In this document: positions 1 through 7,486 of the stretch, in pieces
Layout: each line of letters starts with the position of its first letter
Position numbering within the stretch: position 1 is the stretch's first letter
DNA from: a virus
DNA: 10,913 nucleotides
Virus genome (UHGV): UHGV-0220142
Reading direction: 5' to 3' (one strand)
Made by a program: the position numbers and the translations under genes
Notes under the pieces: model-generated
Told to the model about the DNA's origin: nothing
The model's input: the letters and a program-made list of their open reading frames with translations, nothing else
Database searches by the model: none

Positions 1-692
1 GTATTATTAATGGAAACATTCGTTCATTAATTATCTCTGGTGCGGCGGGTATTGGTAAAACGTATTCTTTAGATAAAGCTTTGAATAAAGCAAATGATAT
101 TGGATACATTGAGTATAAAAGCATTAATGGTAAAATCTCTGGTATTGGTCTTTATGAACAGCTTTGGAATAATCGTGAAGAGAATTCTGTCCTTTTGATT
201 GATGATGTGGATGTTTTCTCTGATATGGACATTCTTAATCTTCTGAAAGCTGCTCTGGACACTGGAGAGACCCGTAAAGTCTGCTGGAGCACCGCATCTT
301 CTTACTTAGAAGAAAAAGGCATTGACCGTGAGTTTGAATTTAAAGGAACGATTGTTTTTATCACAAACGTTGACATTGACCGCGAATTAGACCGTGGTAC
401 TAAACTTGCTCCACATTTACAAGCATTAGTGTCCCGCTCAGTTTATTTGGATTTGGGTGTTCACACTAATGAAGAAATTATGGTCAGGGTTGAAGATGTT
501 ATTCTTTCAACTGACATGATGCAAAAGCGCGGTCTTTCTGATGAAGAAACTTATAAAGCATTATCATGGATGAAAGTCAATGTTAATCGTTTACGCAATG
601 TTTCACTGCGTACTGCTCTTTATCTTGCTGACTTTATTATGACCGACAAAAACGGTTGGGAAGAAATTGCTGAAACGGTATTATTAAAATGA
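1..692 (+). CDS. P-loop (AAA-like) ATPase, 5'-truncated by window edge; reading frame begins at position 3
   Basis: Open frame from the window start with no stop until TGA 690-692. Walker A GAAGIGKT (codons at 39-62), Walker-B-like hhhhDD in VLLIDDVD, and FITN sensor-1-like motif. The track start at 81 is a TTG inside the frame, not the true start. Confidence 0.7.
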   Translation, partial: IINGNIRSLIISGAAGIGKTYSLDKALNKANDIGYIEYKSINGKISGIGLYEQLWNNREENSVLLIDDVDVFSDMDILNLLKAALDTGETRKVCWSTASSYLEEKGIDREFEFKGTIVFITNVDIDRELDRGTKLAPHLQALVSRSVYLDLGVHTNEEIMVRVEDVILSTDMMQKRGLSDEETYKALSWMKVNVNRLRNVSLRTALYLADFIMTDKNGWEEIAETVLLK

Positions 693-1408
693 AAAAATAT
701 TTTACTATCTATAAAACTGAAATATTAAATTTAAAGACAGGTATTAAGAAATACTATTATGGTCGACATATAACTAATAACATCAATGATTCGTATGTTG
801 GTAGTGGAAATTATATAGAACGTGTAAAAGTGTCAAATGACCACATATTATCAAAAACGGTTTTAGAAGTTTTTGATAATTATGATAAAATGGTACAAGC
901 TGAAATATTATATATCATGGCAGGTAAATTGAAATATGGAAAAAACTGTGTTAACCTGTCATACGGGGGTGAAGGAGGAAAGGTTGCAGATGAAACTAGG
1001 ATAAAATGCAAAAAGCATTCTATAAATTTATGGAAAAATCCTAATCATATACAGCATATGAAGAAAAAGATGAAAGAGGTCACATCCACGCCGGAAGCTA
1101 AATTAAACACTTCAATAAAAACTTCGCAACGATATAAGGACCCAGTTTTTGTTAGAAAAGTTAGTAATATTATTAAAAAGAAACTAAGCAATCCTGTAGT
1201 AAAAGAAAAGCATATTAATGGAATTAAAGCTGCAAAGCGTTCTCATTTAACTATATGGCAATATGAAGATGAATTATTCGAGCTTTGGAAAGAAACTAAA
1301 TATGGATGGAGAAAATTTACAAAGGAAGCTATAAAACACGGGTATCCAAATGAACCGTATCGTAGTATGGTATCAACTTTTCAGAAAAGACATTTAGAAG
1401 AATCCTAA
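689..1408 (+). CDS. GIY-YIG family homing endonuclease (seg-like), 239 aa
   Basis: N-terminal TIY-x-YYG, conserved Arg (YIERV), VFDN, Glu (QAEIL) and Asn (CVNLSYGGEGG) in the spacing expected for a GIY-YIG catalytic domain. Basic C-terminal half with periodic K/S/P-rich repeats resembling NUMOD-type DNA-binding modules. Start ATG overlaps the upstream stop (ATGA at 689-692) and has no SD, suggesting translational coupling. Confidence 0.8.
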   Translation: MKKYFTIYKTEILNLKTGIKKYYYGRHITNNINDSYVGSGNYIERVKVSNDHILSKTVLEVFDNYDKMVQAEILYIMAGKLKYGKNCVNLSYGGEGGKVADETRIKCKKHSINLWKNPNHIQHMKKKMKEVTSTPEAKLNTSIKTSQRYKDPVFVRKVSNIIKKKLSNPVVKEKHINGIKAAKRSHLTIWQYEDELFELWKETKYGWRKFTKEAIKHGYPNEPYRSMVSTFQKRHLEES

Positions 1409-1490
1409 GACAAAAAGGCAGTTCAGAAATAGATTATATGGACTGCCATTAAAAAGATGACTAGAATTAAACTGGTAAATGGAGGTAAAG

Positions 1491-1793
1491 ATGTTATACT
1501 CAAAAGCTCGTGAAATTTATGAAACTAAAATTAAAGACGCGGTTCATCAGTTCGCAACGACAATGCGTTGGACAAATGATTGGGAGTATTCAAAAAATCA
1601 TAAGAAGCCCCTGGTGACAAGAAAGGCTCATATGTTAGTGTTAATAGACCGTGAGCAGATTAAAGCCCGAGAAGCCCTCCAGAATCATAAAAAGGCTGCC
1701 TTTGAATGGTTTATGGATAACACTGCTCCTGAGACTAAGAAAGCAGTGAGCGCGTGGTTCAGTGGAAAAAATTGTGAAAGAAGTTTCTTTTAG
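1491..1793 (+). CDS. hypothetical small basic protein, 100 aa
   Basis: ORF-track frame 1479-1793. ATG 1491 is preferred because GGAGG (1481-1485) sits 5 nt upstream of it, whereas ATG 1479 has no SD. Confidence 0.6.
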   Translation: MLYSKAREIYETKIKDAVHQFATTMRWTNDWEYSKNHKKPLVTRKAHMLVLIDREQIKAREALQNHKKAAFEWFMDNTAPETKKAVSAWFSGKNCERSFF

Positions 1794-1795
1794 TG

Positions 1796-1825
1796 GTTTA
1801 CAAGACTGTTCCTCTGTGGTACTAT
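1796..1825 (+). promoter_or_regulatory. promoter-like element: GTTTAC, 18-bp spacer, TGg-TACTAT
   Basis: GTTTAC at 1796-1801 and extended -10 TGGTACTAT at 1817-1825. Same architecture as the elements at 4767 and 7417. The -10 hexamer is imperfect. Confidence 0.35.
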
Positions 1826-1850
1826 ACAACTATCAACTACGGAGGAACAG
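1806..1850 (+). promoter_or_regulatory. RNA stem-loop sequestering the Shine-Dalgarno of the gene at 1854
   Basis: Perfect 9-bp inverted repeat CTGTTCCTC (1806-1814) / GAGGAACAG (1842-1850), extendable by 6 further pairs with two G-U wobbles (1815-1820 with 1836-1841). The 3' arm contains the SD GGAGG (1841-1845). Confidence 0.5.
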
Positions 1851-1853
1851 AAA

Positions 1854-2381
1854 ATGAATGCTAAAGATATTTTCAACTTGGTAAATTACAACGATGGTAA
1901 ATTTAAATCTGAAGCACAAAGCAAGTTCTTTAATGACATCTCAATTGGAGGTGAAATCACGGTTGATGGAGGACAAATTTATAAATCTCGTTGGAATTGG
2001 ATTGTTATCATCGATGAGATTGGTATTGTAGAAATTTACAAAAATACGAATAAAAATCGTACATTACGCTGGTCTCGTGATACTAACGAACAGTACAAAA
2101 AGGATAAAGCATCTAAGTTATCTCGTGTAACTCAAGAAGATATTAAGTTCATCAAGAAAGATATTTTGATGTATGATAACTTAATTGCTGAAGAGCAAGC
2201 TGTTATTGATAAATTTGATGAGATTAAAGCTTCTCGTGAAATTCCTGATTTTATGAAAGAATCAGTAAATGAACGATACACTCTCATTTCAGAGCGTATT
2301 GAAACTTACAAAAAGCAAAGAGCTGAACGCCAGAATACTCTTCGGAAATTTGAAGAACGGTTAAAGACGGTACTCGCATAA
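1854..2381 (+). CDS. hypothetical protein, 175 aa
   Basis: Long ORF with ATG 1854 preceded by GGAGGA (1841-1846). Codon usage is consistent with neighbouring genes. No recognisable motif. Confidence 0.7.
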   Translation: MNAKDIFNLVNYNDGKFKSEAQSKFFNDISIGGEITVDGGQIYKSRWNWIVIIDEIGIVEIYKNTNKNRTLRWSRDTNEQYKKDKASKLSRVTQEDIKFIKKDILMYDNLIAEEQAVIDKFDEIKASREIPDFMKESVNERYTLISERIETYKKQRAERQNTLRKFEERLKTVLA

Positions 2382-2383
2382 CC

Positions 2384-2407
2384 GCTTTATACCAAGGATG
2401 GTATAAT
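2384..2407 (+). promoter_or_regulatory. middle-promoter-like element: MotA-box-like GCTTTA plus extended -10 TGgTATAAT
   Basis: cGCTTTA at 2383-2389, 12 bp, then TATAAT at 2402-2407 preceded by TGG. There is no sigma70-like -35 at the expected position, which fits the T4 middle-promoter arrangement. Confidence 0.4.
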
Positions 2408-2436
2408 GGTTCTAAGCCCTTTTAATTGAGATTATT

Positions 2437-2844
2437 ATGAAACAGTTGATAATTAAAAGATTGAATTTATTGATATGTTGTTTATGTGTAGTAGTTGCAT
2501 ATGGTTATTACGCAATTAATGATTATATGCATTATAAAGATTATGATGTTACTGTAGTTAATACCCTTACAGGAACTCAAGGAAAGGGGTCTAGTTTATC
2601 GTTTATTGCTGTATATGAACTCAAAGACGGTTATAGATTTAGCGAATATATTTCACCGGAGATGTATTCTTCAATAGAAAAAGGCGATAATATTACTGTA
2701 AGTTTACGTCCTTTCGACGTAAAACAGACATGGTTTGATAATATTGTCTGGTTCTTTGGAATGGTATTAGTTCAATCTGTGTGTGGTGCTTATATAGTCT
2801 TTTCCATCATATTCTGCGTATTTAGTAAAATTGAAATTGAGTGA
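2437..2844 (+). CDS. small membrane protein with two predicted transmembrane segments, 135 aa
   Basis: Hydrophobic stretch LNLLICCLCVVVAYGYYAI near the N-terminus and FFGMVLVQSVCGAYIVFSIIFCVF near the C-terminus, flanking a ~75-aa polar domain. Preceded by a promoter-like element at 2384-2407. Confidence 0.65.
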   Translation: MKQLIIKRLNLLICCLCVVVAYGYYAINDYMHYKDYDVTVVNTLTGTQGKGSSLSFIAVYELKDGYRFSEYISPEMYSSIEKGDNITVSLRPFDVKQTWFDNIVWFFGMVLVQSVCGAYIVFSIIFCVFSKIEIE

Positions 2845-2851
2845 GGAAAAT

Positions 2852-3739
2852 ATGTCAGTAGTAATTAATAATGTCAATACAGTAATTAAATCTTTAGTTA
2901 ATAAAAAAATGAATGAATGGACTGTACTTCGTCGTGGAGAGCCAGATAAATTTTTTCATAGATTTAACCCAACTTTGGATTTGAATGTTATTGACAGAGA
3001 TGTTCATGCTGAAATTTTAGATAAGTTTAAAGTTGATATTGGATTTGGATTAGAAAAACATTTACAGCGAACAAACGGGTCTGGAATGAGTTTATCTAAT
3101 CGCATCATGAAAGCCCTTAATAAAATTGGAGCGTTGTCTCGTATTAATGCGAGTGAAATCCTTCGCAATTATAATAAAGGATATGACCTTTATGGTCGAC
3201 TAATGCCGAAATTATCATTCGATCAAATGATTGCGGATTTGTGGGAAAATCAACGACGATTATTAGCATTAGGCGCTCGATTAGCTAAAGGTCTAGATAA
3301 ACAAATGATTTTTAAGACCAATAATACAGAAGACCTTAAATGCTTTAAATTTAGTATTCGCGGCGATGATTATTATATCAGAGCTCGCTCTACAGATTAT
3401 GTTAATATGGGGCATCATCTCTGTTTAGCTTTTGAAGTTTTAAAAGAAGCTGGAACGTTAGAATATTCATCTGGTGCTAAATGTCCGATTGGTTCAAGTT
3501 GTATTTTAATTTATCGCCCGGATGAATCCAGTTCAACTAAATTGCCTACAAAACCTGTACCAGTTCGTAGTAACGAAAAACATTCTGAACAAATTGATTA
3601 TTTTAATAAACAGATTGAAGAGCTAAATATTTCTATTCAACAATATGACGATGAAATTTTCAGACTATCTGGATTGAGTAGTAAAGCTAAATCTGAGCGT
3701 GAAAAGTTAATTAAAATTGTCGATTTACTTAAATCTTAA
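2852..3739 (+). CDS. hypothetical protein with C-terminal coiled-coil-like tail, 295 aa
   Basis: Track ORF 2831-3739 begins at TTG. ATG 2852 is preferred because GAGG (2843-2846) precedes it. C-terminal ~40 aa show a heptad-like pattern (QIEELNISIQQYDDEIFRL...EREKLIKIVDLLKS). Confidence 0.7.
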   Translation: MSVVINNVNTVIKSLVNKKMNEWTVLRRGEPDKFFHRFNPTLDLNVIDRDVHAEILDKFKVDIGFGLEKHLQRTNGSGMSLSNRIMKALNKIGALSRINASEILRNYNKGYDLYGRLMPKLSFDQMIADLWENQRRLLALGARLAKGLDKQMIFKTNNTEDLKCFKFSIRGDDYYIRARSTDYVNMGHHLCLAFEVLKEAGTLEYSSGAKCPIGSSCILIYRPDESSSTKLPTKPVPVRSNEKHSEQIDYFNKQIEELNISIQQYDDEIFRLSGLSSKAKSEREKLIKIVDLLKS

Positions 3740-3747
3740 GGAACACC

Positions 3748-4767
3748 ATGAAAACTCGTTCTCAAATTGAAGATATGGTTCGTAATGCCAGCTATACTCG
3801 TAATGTTATGACATTTTTGTGCCAAAATAATTTAGACCCTGATAGAGTTAATAGTTCCATTCACTTTAAGTATATGAATAGCAGTGAATGGTTACGTCAT
3901 TTTAGTAAAGCGGGGTATATTACACAAATGACTGCTCGTGAGCAGCTCACCGATTTCTGTAAAACTATTGATTATAAAAATCCTCTATTTGTTCAAGGTG
4001 TTGGTCAGAGTAAGGTCGATTTATCATCTGGATTTTTCAATCCAAATCATTATCGTATTGAATGGAGATTTATTGCTCTATTCCGTAAACAATTAAAGCA
4101 AATTTTGTCAACAGCTAGTCGATTAAAAGGTTCTGACATTAATTTAAAGAACCTGAAATTTGATGGTTATACTCTTCAGATGGAAGTAAGACCATTAAAA
4201 GAAAATAACAGAACTGCACGAATTAGCTTTAAACCTAATACAAAAAATTCTCTTTCAATTTGCGAATGCCTTAAATCGCAGTTGACAGAAGCATTTAAGT
4301 ATATGGATGTTGTTGCCGCTGTTCAGTCTAAGATTTTACCTCGTTTTGAGCGATTTAAATTAGACACAACAACATATGAACTTGATATGATCGTTTCATT
4401 TAAATACGATTTTTTGAGAAAGGACGAAGCCCCGCAAGAGAAAAAGCAAGAAGTGCAAGATAACTTAAATTTATCTAATTACTTATCAAACGATCCTAAA
4501 TTTTGGATGTATAGTTCAGGCAATAATGATGCATGGAAATTTAATAAAGTGAATTTTCTTCCTATTGAAAATCCGAGTCTTAAACCTGTTGAAAAATGGC
4601 ACGCGGATGCGATTGAGAAGTCTCTTAAGGCAGTAGATGATGAACTTGTTAAAGCAACAAATGAAGTGCTAGAAGCTGAAAAGATGCTAGAAAAAGCTCA
4701 AGAAAAAGTCAAAAATCTCACGAAGCAACGTTCTAAACTGAACAATGCACTAAATGCACTAAACTAG
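3748..4767 (+). CDS. hypothetical protein with C-terminal coiled-coil-like tail, 339 aa
   Basis: ATG 3748 preceded by AAGGA. C-terminal ~50 aa are strongly heptad-like (LKAVDDELVKATNEVLEAEKMLEKAQEKVKNLTKQRSKLNNALNALN). Shares a K(Y/I)MDVV motif with the next gene. Confidence 0.75.
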   Translation: MKTRSQIEDMVRNASYTRNVMTFLCQNNLDPDRVNSSIHFKYMNSSEWLRHFSKAGYITQMTAREQLTDFCKTIDYKNPLFVQGVGQSKVDLSSGFFNPNHYRIEWRFIALFRKQLKQILSTASRLKGSDINLKNLKFDGYTLQMEVRPLKENNRTARISFKPNTKNSLSICECLKSQLTEAFKYMDVVAAVQSKILPRFERFKLDTTTYELDMIVSFKYDFLRKDEAPQEKKQEVQDNLNLSNYLSNDPKFWMYSSGNNDAWKFNKVNFLPIENPSLKPVEKWHADAIEKSLKAVDDELVKATNEVLEAEKMLEKAQEKVKNLTKQRSKLNNALNALN

Positions 4768-4796
4768 TTTACTTCGCCACAAGGATGTGGTATAAT
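4767..4796 (+). promoter_or_regulatory. early-promoter-like element: GTTTAC, 18-bp spacer, TGg-TATAAT
   Basis: GTTTAC 4767-4772 (overlapping the upstream stop codon), TGG 4788-4790, TATAAT 4791-4796. Lies 30-60 nt upstream of the SD and ATG of the 4825 gene. Confidence 0.45.
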
Positions 4797-4824
4797 GTTC
4801 TTACTTTCTACTGAGGAGATTAAT

Positions 4825-5751
4825 ATGACTCGTAAACATTATATTGATTATTTTGACAGTCTTATTACTAAACACCGCAATTATCAGATCGGACACAGAG
4901 CAGTAATCAATAATATTCTTCGTGATTTCCTTCAGTATGTTGGCCAGGAAAATCATATCTGTAAAGATACTCAGAACGCTTATTCTCATTCGTTAGGCAA
5001 TTTGCTTGAATGGTTTAAACGTTCTCGTATGTTATCTTCTACTGTAGCTCGTGATAACATTAAAAACTTTATGAAGCCGAGCTTCATTAAAACTGCGACA
5101 TCTATAACTGATTTGGTTGAATTTACTATTATTAACGATGTTAAAAAGACCCATTTGGCTGATTGGTTATCTACCATTCCTGAAACTAAATTTGCTAATA
5201 AATTTGCTTGTCAATTCAATACTCAAGTGAATATGCTTTTTAAGCATGCTCGCAAACTGTTTACCGCGGGCGATGACCGTACAAATACAGTTCATGTTAA
5301 GGACTGGGTTATTGCTGATGAAGTAACACACAAGCCAGGTGGTTCATCAGTATTAATTAATATCCAGGTTCCTTATTATTACTCGCGTAATCTTGGCACC
5401 ATGACAGCTAAAGAAATTAATAAGCACAACAAAACTATTCGTTCGTTGTCTTATAAACTCCGCATGATGTTAAAAATTATGGACGTAGTGGAAATGTATG
5501 ACGAAACCGAAGATAATGGTTCAATGTTATACAGTTCACGCATTCTAATTAAACTGAAGAACCCTAATACATATAAGACAGTTGTAAAAGAGCCTAAAGT
5601 AGAAAAGGTTGATAATTTGAGTGAAGAACGTGAATATCTCAATGCCCGTTTGATTGAAGTTGAAGCCCAAATTGCAGAACACACCAAATTGTTAAAAGCT
5701 CTTAATGCAAAAGCAAATGGTTTACGTAATGCTATTGAGGTATTGAAATGA
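4825..5751 (+). CDS. hypothetical protein with C-terminal coiled-coil-like tail, 308 aa
   Basis: Track ORF starts at ATG 4795, which lies inside the TATAAT of a promoter-like element. ATG 4825 is preferred because GAGGAG (4813-4818) sits 6 nt upstream. C-terminal tail is heptad-like ([44 protein letters not shown]). Confidence 0.7.
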   Translation: MTRKHYIDYFDSLITKHRNYQIGHRAVINNILRDFLQYVGQENHICKDTQNAYSHSLGNLLEWFKRSRMLSSTVARDNIKNFMKPSFIKTATSITDLVEFTIINDVKKTHLADWLSTIPETKFANKFACQFNTQVNMLFKHARKLFTAGDDRTNTVHVKDWVIADEVTHKPGGSSVLINIQVPYYYSRNLGTMTAKEINKHNKTIRSLSYKLRMMLKIMDVVEMYDETEDNGSMLYSSRILIKLKNPNTYKTVVKEPKVEKVDNLSEEREYLNARLIEVEAQIAEHTKLLKALNAKANGLRNAIEVLK

Positions 5752-6137
5752 AAAAGCGTTTATTAGAAGACATTGCAGCTTCAAGTAATTCTAGTCTAAT
5801 TAAAATTATTATGGCTGGTGAAGAAGACGATTTGGAAATGCGTGGAAAGATTCACGGCTGCGACGATTTAGATTTTAAACCTCCAGCATGGGATGCTATT
5901 ATGGCTATGGTTGAACGACGTGAAAGAGCTTCTAAAAACGTTCCTAATTGCCCTGAATGCGGTACTGAACAAGTTCAATTGATTAACTGGCGTAAACCAG
6001 AGCTTGAATATAAATGCCGTCAATGTAAACATAAATTCAGTAAGCATGCTCCGGAAATGGTTAAATTGCCTGACTCTACTGAGTTCTTTAAAGAACTTGT
6101 GAGTGTTCAACCAATGCCTAATAATATTTTGGATTAA
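5748..6137 (+). CDS. hypothetical zinc-ribbon protein, 129 aa
   Basis: ATGA stop/start overlap with the upstream gene at 5748-5751. Two Cys pairs, CPEC and CRQC, separated by 17 residues (C4 zinc-ribbon-like). Confidence 0.65.
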
Positions 6138-6139
6138 AA

Positions 6140-6382
6140 ATGACCAAGCGTAAAGAATATATGGAGACTGCTGAAAAGGCAGTCCGTGAATTAGCAATAG
6201 CGTATTATAATGAACATGGTAAATTTCCTGATAGATACAGCGTGCTTAAATCTGCTTTAACTCGTTCATATAAAAATATGCTATCAGAAGTAAGTGATAT
6301 TATATACAAACATAAAGAACAAACGGGCCAAAGTCTTGATTACGACGAGACTTTTAAACAAGTACTAGGAATTAAGGAATAA
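6140..6382 (+). CDS. hypothetical protein, 80 aa
   Basis: ORF starts 2 nt after the upstream stop and ends 1 nt before the nrdC start. Tight packing supports it being coding. Confidence 0.6.
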
Positions 6383-6383
6383 T

Positions 6384-6647
6384 ATGTTTAAAGTATATGG
6401 TTATGATAGCAACATCCATAAATGTGTGTATTGCGATAATGCAAAACGTCTTTTGACTGTGAAGAAACAGCCGTTTGAATTTATCAACATTATGCCGGAA
6501 AAAGGTGTTTTTGATGATGAAAAAATCGCTGAGCTTCTGACTAAACTAGGCCGTGATACTCAAATTGGTTTGACAATGCCACAAGTATTTGCTCCTGATG
6601 GAAGTCATATTGGTGGATTTGACCAACTGCGAGAATATTTTAAATGA
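6384..6647 (+). CDS. nrdC: phage glutaredoxin/thioredoxin (NrdC), 87 aa
   Basis: 87-aa product with CVYC redox-active dithiol near the N-terminus (MFKVYGYDSNIHKCVYCDNAK...) and glutaredoxin-like length. Sequence matches my recollection of T4 NrdC. AAGGA SD 5 nt upstream of the ATG. Confidence 0.9.
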   Translation: MFKVYGYDSNIHKCVYCDNAKRLLTVKKQPFEFINIMPEKGVFDDEKIAELLTKLGRDTQIGLTMPQVFAPDGSHIGGFDQLREYFK

Positions 6648-6859
6648 TGCTCGAAGGAACTGACTATATTCACGATTACCGCGGAAGCGCGGTATATGTA
6701 GGTGATGAAGTTGCAGTTTATTATGGGTATGGAACTTTGATGACAGCAAAGGTTATTCAAATTAAAAATAATCGTGCTAAACTTGAAGTTTATTATTCTA
6801 ACGGTGAAAAGTCTATTTCTAAGTGGAAATACGGCGATTGTATGGTCAAACTGGGGTAA
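6644..6859 (+). CDS. hypothetical small protein, 71 aa
   Basis: ATGA overlap with the nrdC stop. Sits where T4 has the small 49.x ORFs between nrdC and pin. Confidence 0.55.
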   Translation: MMLEGTDYIHDYRGSAVYVGDEVAVYYGYGTLMTAKVIQIKNNRAKLEVYYSNGEKSISKWKYGDCMVKLG

Positions 6860-6861
6860 AT

Positions 6862-7032
6862 ATGATTTACGATATTAATGTAGCAAGAGCTCCGTCAATG
6901 GTTACTATTCCTGCTGAAGAACTAGATCGTCTTCATAAAATTGAAGAACTTCTTTGGGAAATTGAATCTGATTTGCCATCAGGATTAGAATCCTGGATTG
7001 ATTATGAAGAACTTAATAAATTGCGAAATTAA
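6862..7032 (+). CDS. hypothetical small acidic protein, 56 aa
   Basis: Track ORF starts at GTG 6823, inside the upstream gene. The in-frame ATG 6862, 2 nt after the upstream stop, is the more plausible start. Confidence 0.5.
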   Translation: MIYDINVARAPSMVTIPAEELDRLHKIEELLWEIESDLPSGLESWIDYEELNKLRN

Positions 7033-7042
7033 TTGGTGAAAA

Positions 7043-7363
7043 ATGACTATTGAAAATAAATTAGATGTTGATGCAGTTCTGAGCGAAATTATTGAAGACC
7101 ATGATGCATTTTCAGAAAACTATGATTTCGATTTTTCCGATTATCTTAAACCTGTCGAAATAGAAGACTGGGTGCAAGACGGCAAATGTCAATATCGTCA
7201 GTGTGTTTATTTTAGTCCAAAACATAATGTACATGTTTCCGTAAATGAATCTCGCTCAGGTTCTTACCATTCTGATTGGTATTATGCAGTTCCGACTGTT
7301 GAACTAGTCGAGCCCCGTGAACGTGTAGTAACTCAGACAATACGAGAATGGATTACGCTATAA
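7043..7363 (+). CDS. hypothetical acidic protein, 106 aa
   Basis: ORF with ATG 7043 preceded by GGTGA. No recognisable motif. Confidence 0.55.
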   Translation: MTIENKLDVDAVLSEIIEDHDAFSENYDFDFSDYLKPVEIEDWVQDGKCQYRQCVYFSPKHNVHVSVNESRSGSYHSDWYYAVPTVELVEPRERVVTQTIREWITL

Positions 7364-7416
7364 AACCCTGGTGGGCGGCTAGATGGGAAACTGTAGAGCC
7401 AGAGCCGGAAGAACCG

Positions 7417-7446
7417 GTTTACACTGATGAAGAAACATTATATAAT
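7417..7446 (+). promoter_or_regulatory. early-promoter-like element: GTTTAC, 18-bp spacer, TATAAT
   Basis: GTTTAC 7417-7422 and TATAAT 7441-7446, in the gap upstream of the pin-like gene. Confidence 0.4.
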
Positions 7447-7486
7447 GAACCAACGATAAATGACTTAATTGATATGGAGATGGGAC

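Noticed and set aside
1417-1447. Inverted repeat GGCAGT...ACTGCC between the first endonuclease gene and the 1491 gene as a terminator
   Set aside because: Only a 6-bp stem with a 19-nt loop and no following T-run, so the structure is weak.
1021-6014. Late-promoter-like octamers TATAAATT (1021-1028) and TATAAATG (6007-6014)
   Set aside because: Each has a mismatch at the final position and lies deep inside a coding region with no downstream gene start.
81-7471. ORF-track start codons at 81, 1479, 2831, 4795, 6823 and 7469
   Set aside because: Those at 81, 2831 and 7469 are TTG, and 6823 is GTG; 81 lies inside a frame that is open from the window edge and 6823 lies inside the upstream gene. 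The ATGs at 1479 and 4795 overlap an SD or a -10 hexamer. Downstream in-frame ATGs with proper SD spacing (1491, 2852, 4825, 6862, 7487) are more plausible.
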